Shown one piece after another: positions 9,778 to 16,620 of a DNA stretch of 32,000 nt. The translations under genes were made by a program, and so were the position numbers. The notes beneath the pieces are model-generated. The model worked only from the letters and a program-made list of their open reading frames with translations. It was not told where the DNA came from and made no database searches. Within the stretch, counting starts at the first letter, position 1; every line of letters starts with the position of its first letter. The DNA is from Acholeplasma laidlawii PG-8A (GTDB taxonomy: Bacteria; Bacillota_I; Bacilli_A; Acholeplasmatales; Acholeplasmataceae): contig NC_010163.1 in NCBI RefSeq assembly GCF_000018785.1, positions 450,001-482,000 on the forward strand, written 5' to 3'.

Positions 9778-9783
9778 GTCCTT
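9761..9783 (+). other. Perfect 9-bp hairpin spanning the ptsI stop codon, with no T-tail
   Basis: aaggactta (9761-9769) / taagtcctt (9775-9783) with loop aatat. It is followed by cacac and then the tRNA 5' end at 9789. Confidence 0.6.
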
Positions 9784-9788
9784 CACAC

Positions 9789-9877
9789 GGAACAATACTC
9801 AAGAGGCTGAAGAGGCACGCTTGGAAAGCGTGTAGGGTGTAATAGCCGCGAGGGTTCAAATCCCTCTTGTTCCGCCA
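9789..9877 (+). tRNA. tRNA-Ser (anticodon GGA), CCA encoded
   Basis: Acceptor GGAACAA/TTGTTCC, anticodon stem CACGC/GCGTG with loop TTGGAAA, long variable arm, T-arm GAGGG-TTCAAAT-CCCTC, G discriminator plus CCA. 89 nt. Confidence 0.9.
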
Positions 9878-9926
9878 TAATTTAACAATAGTGTTGATAC
9901 AATAGTATCGACCTTACAGTATACGA

Positions 9927-9951
9927 AAATAGGGAGAATATCCCTTTTTTC
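9927..9951 (+). terminator. Rho-independent terminator after tRNA-Ser
   Basis: aggga (9931-9935) / tccct (9941-9945) followed by T6. Confidence 0.65.
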
Positions 9952-10096
9952 TTTATAATAATACCGTTCTATTATAGGTTTCGCTTTGTGAGTTTAAACG
10001 CGCTATCAAAAATGTTAGTATAAAAACACAAATGGTCAATATAAAACACGAAAGCATAACACAAAAAACGATTGATTAAACTAAATTTGAATAGCT

Positions 10097-10120
10097 ATAT
10101 TGTGCCGATAACGGCATAAT
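10097..10120. promoter_or_regulatory. Operator repeat 1 (atattgtgccgataacggcataat)
   Basis: A perfect 24-nt copy of the sequence at 10152-10175. It contains the inverted repeat tgccg-ataa-cggca and abuts the -35. Confidence 0.7.
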
Positions 10121-10121
10121 G

Positions 10122-10150
10122 TTGACTTAGCGAATAAACTATGATATACT
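10122..10150 (+). promoter_or_regulatory. Sigma-70/SigA-type promoter of the fic operon
   Basis: TTGACT (10122-10127), 17-nt spacer, TATACT (10145-10150). Confidence 0.7.
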
Positions 10151-10151
10151 G

Positions 10152-10175
10152 ATATTGTGCCGATAACGGCATAAT
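10152..10175. promoter_or_regulatory. Operator repeat 2 (atattgtgccgataacggcataat)
   Basis: A perfect 24-nt copy of 10097-10120. It begins 2 nt after the -10 and covers the predicted transcription start. Confidence 0.7.
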
Positions 10176-10189
10176 AGGAAGGTGAAGTA

Positions 10190-11110
10190 ATGGAATACAA
10201 AAACATATCTTATTTTGCTACTAAATGGAATATTAAAGAAAGAAGAATTAGAGTACTTTGCACAGAAGGTAGAATACATGGTGTGAAAAAAGTTGGTAAA
10301 ACTTGGTTAATCCCAGAAGATGCTCAAAAGCCTATTGATAAAAGATATCGACAAGTTAATGACTTGTTCTTTGATTCAATAGATTTTAGTATTATTGATG
10401 AAAAAAAGGATACAATTGATTCCCATCGACCATTCTCTCAAAACATGACTAGACAATTAAGAGATAAATTAATTATTGAATGGACTTATAATTCTAATGC
10501 AATTGAAGGTAATACACTTACTTTATCAGAAACAAAAGTAGTCTTAGAAAACGGCATAACAATTAAAGGAAAACCATTAAAAGATCATTTAGAGATAATT
10601 AATCATAAAGAAGCAATTGAATACATTGAAGACCTAGTCAGTAAAAACGTTAAACTTTCAGAATATGATATTAAAGCTGTTCATTATTTAATTTTGAAAG
10701 AGATTGATTCTACTAATGCTGGTAAATATAGACAAGAAAATGTGTTTATCAGTGGTGCTAAGCATGTGCCATCAGTATACTTAAATGTTCCATATGAAAT
10801 GCAGAAAATGATTGAAAAATATCAAAGTTGGAAAGATTTACACCCTGTAGTAAGGGCTTGTTACTTACATGGAGAGTTCGTAAAAATACACCCATTTATC
10901 GATGGGAATGGTAGAACAGCAAGACTTTTATTAAATTTTGAACTCATTCAAAGTGGCTATCCACCCGTCGTAATCAAAACAGAGAATAGAGCGGATTATT
11001 ATGATACACTAGATAAAGCGCATACAACAAATAATTATACAGATTTTATTAAAATTATTGTTGACTTGGTTAATGAGTCAGAGAATTTATACTTATATTT
11101 GATAGGTTAA
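10190..11110 (+). CDS. Fic/DOC family protein with an N-terminal HTH (class II, intramolecular inhibitory helix)
   Basis: Fic motif HPFIDGNGRTAR (10889-10924). Inhibitory motif S-N-A-I-E-G (10493-10510), matching [S/T]xxxE[G/N]. The N-terminal about 45 aa (ISYFATKWNIKERRIRVLCTEGRIHGVKKVGKTWLIPEDA) resemble an excisionase/MerR-type HTH. Confidence 0.9.
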   Translation: MEYKNISYFATKWNIKERRIRVLCTEGRIHGVKKVGKTWLIPEDAQKPIDKRYRQVNDLFFDSIDFSIIDEKKDTIDSHRPFSQNMTRQLRDKLIIEWTYNSNAIEGNTLTLSETKVVLENGITIKGKPLKDHLEIINHKEAIEYIEDLVSKNVKLSEYDIKAVHYLILKEIDSTNAGKYRQENVFISGAKHVPSVYLNVPYEMQKMIEKYQSWKDLHPVVRACYLHGEFVKIHPFIDGNGRTARLLLNFELIQSGYPPVVIKTENRADYYDTLDKAHTTNNYTDFIKIIVDLVNESENLYLYLIG

Positions 11111-11129
11111 TAAGGAAGGGGGTTATACA

Positions 11130-11552
11130 ATGACTGGTGATATTTTAAAACTATTGTCAGAGTTAAATTGGAATAATAAAGAAAAACAAACTATAGCGAT
11201 TAAGGTATTATCAAGTAGGAAAGATTATAATTTTAAAATGCTAATTGCACCATTACAAAATGAATTTTATGAGAATCAAGGAATTTGGTGGAAAGATATT
11301 GCTTTAGGTTGTGCTATTGTACTAAGTAATAAGTCCGATAGTGAAATAATTAACTTATTACCCGATCTTCTAGTTTGGTTACAAGATTTGAATTGGCCGG
11401 GTGCAGTCGAAGTTTTCGAAAGGCTAAAGAAAATCCCATATTTATTAATAAAAAAATATTTGAATGATACGATTTATAAAGCACAAATAGAAAATGATGA
11501 TCAGTGGATTGAATGGTTAACCCTGCTTAATAAAAGTCTTCTGACTCTATAG
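11130..11552 (+). CDS. Small cytoplasmic helical protein, DUF5071-like (from memory)
   Basis: Strong SD AAGGAAGGGGG. 140 aa. The motif LVWLQDLNWPGA resembles what I recall for DUF5071. No catalytic motifs. Confidence 0.4.
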   Translation: MTGDILKLLSELNWNNKEKQTIAIKVLSSRKDYNFKMLIAPLQNEFYENQGIWWKDIALGCAIVLSNKSDSEIINLLPDLLVWLQDLNWPGAVEVFERLKKIPYLLIKKYLNDTIYKAQIENDDQWIEWLTLLNKSLLTL

Positions 11553-11701
11553 AATGTTAATAACATCGTATTATTGAATAATTATTTATGATTTGGATGT
11601 TTATTATTTTATATTTGTCAAGTATTAACATAAAAGAATAAAATAGCATTTCGACACAAACCTTTTAAGGTTTAATCATTATAACACACCTAAAATTAGA
11701 T

Positions 11702-11731
11702 AGCCTGATAACTTAGTATCAGGCTTTTTTA
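11702..11731 (+). terminator. Rho-independent terminator
   Basis: Perfect 9-bp stem agcctgata / tatcaggct with a 6-nt loop, followed by T6. Confidence 0.85.
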
Positions 11732-11843
11732 TCAAAACTGATACTATTTATAATTTTATTTATCATGAATACAAACTTGATATTTAACTAATATGGTCTC
11801 AATATGCTAAAATATGATGTGTGATAATTATTTGAAATAAGAA

Positions 11844-13136
11844 ATGGTGGAAGTATATTTAATAACTTCTATAGCTAAAATAATGAGATTAAAAGTAAAA
11901 ACAAATGATCTTGATTACCAAGGTCAAGGTGTAACAAGAATAGATGATAAAGTAACCTTTATAAAAGGTATGTTTGATGATGAAGTAGGCATCATAGAAA
12001 TCACAAAATCAAAAAAGAATTTCCAACAAGCAAAACTTGTAGAACTTATTCAAAAAAATAAACAACGTGTATCTGAAAACTCTTTTGACTATGCACCGTT
12101 TTTTGGTCTATCCTTAAAAGCAGAATGCCTATGGCAACAAAAGATTACTAAAGAAACGATTAAAAAAATAACCAATTTAGATGTTGAAGTAGAAGATACT
12201 ATCACAGATGGTAAGAAACTAAACTACAGAAATAAAATCACTTTACATGTGAAACATATTGGTGGTTCATTAAAGATTGGTACCTATGAAGAAAACTCTA
12301 ATTATCTTGAACCGATTGAAACACATCATCTTGCACTACCTGTCATAAATGATAAAATTACAGTTTTAAATAAATGGCTCAAAACCTTTAAATTAGAAAC
12401 GAATGATATTAAAAACTTTACCCTTAGAACAAACGGTAAAGATGTGATGCTTATCATTGGTATAAAACTTAAGTTTGAAGGTACAGAAAGCATCATAGAT
12501 GAACTTAAAAAGCACTTTGAATCCATCTACCTAAATATTGAAAAAAGAAGTTTTGAAAACCTATCAGATGAATCGATTCATGTTTATGGTCTAGAGACCT
12601 TAAAGATGACATTTAATCACTTATCATTTGAAATAGGACCTGAAAGTTTCTTCCAGGTAAATAAAGATGTAGCAATTTTAATGTATGATGAAATTAAGAA
12701 ACTTACCCAAAATCACACAGTCATTGATGCCTATGCTGGTATGGCAAGTATTGGTCAATATATTGATGCTAAAAAGGTATACGCAATTGAATCTAATCTA
12801 GATTCAATTATTCAAGCTAAGAAGATATTAAAGGTAAATCAAGTAGACCATGTAGAGTTGATTCATGGACAAGTAGAAGAAAAACTAGAAGCATACATTA
12901 AACATGCAGATGCTATAGTGTTTGATCCACCAAGAAGTGGATTAACGGAAAGTATTATTGAACTAGTAAAACTCAATCAGATTAAGACGATTGTATATGT
13001 GTCTTGTGATTTAAAATCACTAGCAAGAGATATCAATGGCTTAAAAGATTTATATGATATTAAAAAAATCATTCCAGTTAGAATGTTTCCGTCCACAATT
13101 CATATGGAAACAATTACCTTGCTTTCGTTAAAATAG
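11844..13136 (+). CDS. 23S rRNA (uracil-5)-methyltransferase, RumA/RlmCD (TrmA) family
   Basis: TRAM-like N-terminus (LDYQGQGVTRIDDKVTFIKGMFDDEVGIIEI), SAM motif VIDAYAGMASIG, FDPPRSG, and the catalytic Cys context VYVSCDLKSLARD. The true start may be ATG 11883 (MRLKVK...). Neither start has a clear SD. Confidence 0.85.
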   Translation: MVEVYLITSIAKIMRLKVKTNDLDYQGQGVTRIDDKVTFIKGMFDDEVGIIEITKSKKNFQQAKLVELIQKNKQRVSENSFDYAPFFGLSLKAECLWQQKITKETIKKITNLDVEVEDTITDGKKLNYRNKITLHVKHIGGSLKIGTYEENSNYLEPIETHHLALPVINDKITVLNKWLKTFKLETNDIKNFTLRTNGKDVMLIIGIKLKFEGTESIIDELKKHFESIYLNIEKRSFENLSDESIHVYGLETLKMTFNHLSFEIGPESFFQVNKDVAILMYDEIKKLTQNHTVIDAYAGMASIGQYIDAKKVYAIESNLDSIIQAKKILKVNQVDHVELIHGQVEEKLEAYIKHADAIVFDPPRSGLTESIIELVKLNQIKTIVYVSCDLKSLARDINGLKDLYDIKKIIPVRMFPSTIHMETITLLSLK

Positions 13137-13328
13137 CACTTATTGGACATCTATCACTTATCTGAAAATAGCATAAAAACATCAAACTTTTAATTTAGAA
13201 GGTTGGTGTTCTTTATTTTAGTACCACTAATATTATCTATTATACAAATAGTAAACTTCTGATTATTAATAATAATAAAGTATAATAAAAGGAAGGGATG
13301 TTAAGACGATAAATTAGGGGGATTCAAC

Positions 13329-14069
13329 ATGGTTTGGCTATCTAAACGTAGTAAAGATAATTTTTATGACACTTTAAAAATACTAAAAAACGAAAAAACA
13401 ATGCATTTTGTATATGCAGAACTTAGAAAATATATTGAAAATACTTTTGGTATTACAGTATTCAACATAACTATAGATAAGTTTGGCTTTTTTGATAGAC
13501 CAAAAAAGAACTCATTTTTTTATCAAAAGAAATATCTATTAGCCATTCATGTTTCATCTTACAGTGAGCGTGAAATGATGCAGAATAAAGTAAGTGTGGA
13601 ACTTGCTAATTTTCCAACTGCTTATAAAATGGTAAATGACAAAATTAAGCAAGATTTAATAATGGATAAACTCATCGAACTAACTAAACTAAAGAACTTT
13701 AAAACTAAAATTAATAAAACTAATACTTATGTAGATTACCGTTTTGGTTTTACTACAGACTATGCTGAAATACTACTTGATAAAATAGAAAAAGGTATTA
13801 CAAAAGAGATACTCAATGAATTTAAGGAAAAGGCTCATATTTGGCGTATCGAGAAAATGTTTTCAACTGTTACTATATTCTATTTTACAGAATTAGATAA
13901 AATAGAAAATGAAAAAAATGGCATTACACATATTATAAGAGATAGGTATTTATCTAGAATTAAAGAAATTGATAGTATCAATCTTTTTAAAGAAGAATAT
14001 ATTGTTTTTGATACCAAAGAAAATGTAGATAAAAATTACGGGGGTAATTTATTCTACTATTTCCGTTAG
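13329..14069 (+). CDS. Hypothetical protein (246 aa), no recognisable family
   Basis: SD AGGGGGA 6 nt upstream. Long ORF with a lysine/asparagine-rich soluble sequence. No motif recognised. Confidence 0.55.
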   Translation: MVWLSKRSKDNFYDTLKILKNEKTMHFVYAELRKYIENTFGITVFNITIDKFGFFDRPKKNSFFYQKKYLLAIHVSSYSEREMMQNKVSVELANFPTAYKMVNDKIKQDLIMDKLIELTKLKNFKTKINKTNTYVDYRFGFTTDYAEILLDKIEKGITKEILNEFKEKAHIWRIEKMFSTVTIFYFTELDKIENEKNGITHIIRDRYLSRIKEIDSINLFKEEYIVFDTKENVDKNYGGNLFYYFR

Positions 14070-14248
14070 TTTTTAGTCTTCTTATTTAGTCAGATCTAAA
14101 GTAGTAAAGTGTTGGTCGTTAAATGCATAACCATTTATGCTTTCAGATTCATAAATAAAATATAAATAAGATAAGTAACTTTTAGTATTAAAGTTTAAAA
14201 ACATCAGTAAATACTAATTGGTGTAATGTATATAAAGTAGGTATTCTA

Positions 14249-14662
14249 ATGAAAAAGAAAATTATAGTGAATCCAGCGATTTATCCGGTTTTTATTATTG
14301 CCATAGTAGGCACGATAATACTCATTCAGAGATTGATAACAACTGAAACTTATATAAACACAGCTCAAGAAGTAGCAACTTATATATATATGCTAGCAAT
14401 GGTTTTTTCTGTATTTTATTTAGGTAGATATATTATTAAACCTGTCCCATTGAGCTATGACAACAATGAAATAGTCATTAAAATGTATTTTAGAAACGAT
14501 GTTCGACTTAGCTATAAAGAGATTGTAAAAGCTGAGTACTACAATCGATATATGAGATTAATTATTCATACGAAACATAAAAAATATAAATTTACATTTG
14601 TAATAAAAACTAGTGAATTGAAAGAAATACTAAAGAAAAAAGTGAAAGATTCTGATTTTTAG
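14249..14662 (+). CDS. Small membrane protein (2 TM) with a possible bacterial PH-like C-terminal domain
   Basis: Two hydrophobic helices (IYPVFIIAIVGTIILI, VATYIYMLAMVFSVFYLG) followed by a beta-rich basic tail. Confidence 0.5.
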   Translation: MKKKIIVNPAIYPVFIIAIVGTIILIQRLITTETYINTAQEVATYIYMLAMVFSVFYLGRYIIKPVPLSYDNNEIVIKMYFRNDVRLSYKEIVKAEYYNRYMRLIIHTKHKKYKFTFVIKTSELKEILKKKVKDSDF

Positions 14663-14693
14663 TTTTCACTTTAAAGTATCAATAATTATGTGG

Positions 14694-14707
14694 ATTGTCT
14701 AGACAAT
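14694..14707. promoter_or_regulatory. Perfect 14-bp palindrome attgtctagacaat
   Basis: Self-complementary 14-mer in the intergenic region upstream of the ClC gene. Confidence 0.4.
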
Positions 14708-14876
14708 TAAACCGATGATATATATTTTAGAAGATCTTTCGCAATTTCATCAGTTAAAAGTTGATAAATATTAATCTATTAATTACTGTAACTAATCTTG
14801 AAAATTTTCTGAAAAAAAATACTTTTATTTTATGAAAATGAGCGTATAATATTCATTTGGAAAGAGACGGTAAATC

Positions 14877-15065
14877 ATGATGAAAGAAAAAACATCACTC
14901 AACCATATGTTGGTTATCGTATTATTATATTCAGGAATTACAGGTATTATTACAGGTTTATTTTTATACTTATTTCGCTACTTAAGTAGTTTATTATTAG
15001 AACTTACCTATTCGATATACTTATCAGTTCAGTCAAATCTATGGTATTTACCATTTTTTGAATAG
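14877..15065 (+). CDS. ClC chloride-channel family protein, N-terminal fragment (frameshifted)
   Basis: The first TM helix region ends at TAG 15063-15065. The reading frame continues in the +2 frame from 15062 (IGLVVLAYLVSLLIKWEPHAGGG...). Confidence 0.6.
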   Translation: MMKEKTSLNHMLVIVLLYSGITGIITGLFLYLFRYLSSLLLELTYSIYLSVQSNLWYLPFFE

Positions 15066-15088
15066 GTTTAGTTGTTCTTGCTTATTTA

Positions 15089-16468
15089 GTGTCTCTACTT
15101 ATTAAATGGGAACCTCATGCAGGTGGTGGAGCGATTTCAAGAGCGGCAGGGTTTGTTCGCGGAATTCTTTTATTTAATTGGTTAAAAACATTGATTTCAA
15201 CATTCATTTCAGCTCAGTTAGTATTCTTTGCTGGATTACCATTTGGTATTGAAGGTCCTTCTGTAATCATGGGAACGGCAATTTCAGGTGGCGTAGATGA
15301 TCTTGGAAAAGCACATCCAGCACATAGAAAATATTTACTTACTGCTGGTGCATCAGCTGGATTTTCAATCGCTACAGGCTCGATTTTTGCAGGAACGATA
15401 TTTACATTAGAAGAGATGCATAAGAAGTTCTCCTTTATGCTTTTATCTGTTGCTATGAGTGGAGCTGTTTTTGCATCTGTAACTATGAGAATACTCGATT
15501 ATGTATTCGGTAACCATACTGCATTTTTCTCACTGACAAATGAATTTAAAAATATACCATTTGAATTTATTTGGTTAGCACCTTTATTGGGCATTGGAGC
15601 AGGTTTATTAGCTGCAGGGTTTAATTTCCTAATTGACTTTTTTGGGAATATGAGTGCTTATAAATTCAAAAAAGTTCCACTTTTTGTGAAATTAACAATA
15701 AATTTCTTGCTTGTAGGTTTTGTTGGTTTATTTGTTATTGAAACCATTGGAAATGGCCATCATAGTATTATAGAACCGTTATTTGATAGACAGTTTAGTT
15801 TTGGTATGATTGTATTACTCATCGTTTTAAAAATTATTACAATTGTTGTATCATCAAGTGGTACAACAGGTGGGTTATTTATTCCTGTATTAGTGATTGG
15901 AGCTTTATATGCAGGTATATTTAATGAAGTGTCTATTTTAATTGGATTAAATAGTGAATATACAGCTGCAATTGTTTTAATTGGCATGAGTGTATTTTTT
16001 AGTACCTCCATGCAAGCACCTATTACAACCATAGCATTTATTATTGAAGCATCCCTTCATCCAGAAACAATCATATTTATGATGGTTGCTATTTTAGCAG
16101 GTATATTAATTGCAGAATTATTACATATGAAACCTTTAAATGAAATTGCTTTAAAAAGATTTATGAAGATTCAAGATCAAAATAGAGTCTGGAATTTATA
16201 CAATGCTAAAGCAACCATTCAAGAAAATGCGTTTGTTATAGGGAAAACAGTAAGAGATATATTATGGCCAGCAAATACCCTCATTAAAGAGTTGATCCAA
16301 GAAAATCAACAAAATGCTACCAATATTGCTGTACATGGTGGAGACCGTGTATTAACATATAGAGATCAAATTCTATTTCAAATTCAATCATTTGATATTG
16401 AAAGAACATTAAAAGAATTACAGGATTTAATCGGTATTCAAGAAGTAGAAATAGAATTGATTAGATAA
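15089..16468 (+). CDS. ClC (voltage-gated chloride channel) family protein body with a C-terminal TrkA-C/RCK_C-like domain
   Basis: GIEGPSV (GxEGP motif with the gating Glu), GGLFIPVL (GxFxP), and many TM helices. The soluble tail (ATIQENAFVIGKTVRDILWP...GDRVLTYRDQILFQ) is like TrkA-C. The GTG start in the track is probably artefactual because the frame is open from 15062. Confidence 0.85.
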   Translation: MSLLIKWEPHAGGGAISRAAGFVRGILLFNWLKTLISTFISAQLVFFAGLPFGIEGPSVIMGTAISGGVDDLGKAHPAHRKYLLTAGASAGFSIATGSIFAGTIFTLEEMHKKFSFMLLSVAMSGAVFASVTMRILDYVFGNHTAFFSLTNEFKNIPFEFIWLAPLLGIGAGLLAAGFNFLIDFFGNMSAYKFKKVPLFVKLTINFLLVGFVGLFVIETIGNGHHSIIEPLFDRQFSFGMIVLLIVLKIITIVVSSSGTTGGLFIPVLVIGALYAGIFNEVSILIGLNSEYTAAIVLIGMSVFFSTSMQAPITTIAFIIEASLHPETIIFMMVAILAGILIAELLHMKPLNEIALKRFMKIQDQNRVWNLYNAKATIQENAFVIGKTVRDILWPANTLIKELIQENQQNATNIAVHGGDRVLTYRDQILFQIQSFDIERTLKELQDLIGIQEVEIELIR

Positions 16469-16582
16469 GTTGTGAAATACTAGTAAGTTGATACATATAT
16501 TCTAACAATAAGTAAAAATACATTATTATCTCCATTATATAGAGTCATTCACGTTTTCGGAGATAAGGTATATTGAAAAAAG

Positions 16583-16604
16583 GACCTATAATAGACCTAT
16601 AATA
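16583..16604 (+). repeat. Tandem 11-bp direct repeat gacctataata x2
   Basis: Two abutting perfect copies, each carrying TATAAT, lie 17 nt upstream of the XRE gene start. Confidence 0.6.
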
Positions 16605-16620
16605 AATGTGGAGGTAACAT

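Noticed and set aside
11588-11641. A 17-codon hydrophobic mini-ORF (MIWMFIILYLSSINIKE), a possible type I toxin
   Set aside because: It has no SD and is very short. Its composition is what translating T-rich intergenic DNA would produce by chance.
9878-11850. Integrated island at tRNA-Ser bounded by an att direct repeat
   Set aside because: I found no copy of the tRNA 3' end (ttcaaatccctcttgttcc or sub-strings of 12 nt or more) downstream. There is also no integrase or recombinase gene. Accessory status is therefore only a hypothesis.
14663-14876. Fluoride (crcB-type) riboswitch upstream of the ClC gene
   Set aside because: The conserved GGnGAUGG...CCGCC...GAUGAUGCCUAC-like elements are not visible. 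The region is almost pure AT with no suitable pseudoknot-forming GC segments.
15054-15062. Programmed -1 frameshift or T-run slippage to rescue the ClC gene
   Set aside because: A -1 slip on the TTT TTT run lands on TGA (15059-15061). T5 or T7 variants also hit stops quickly. Only an added base in GAATA restores the frame.
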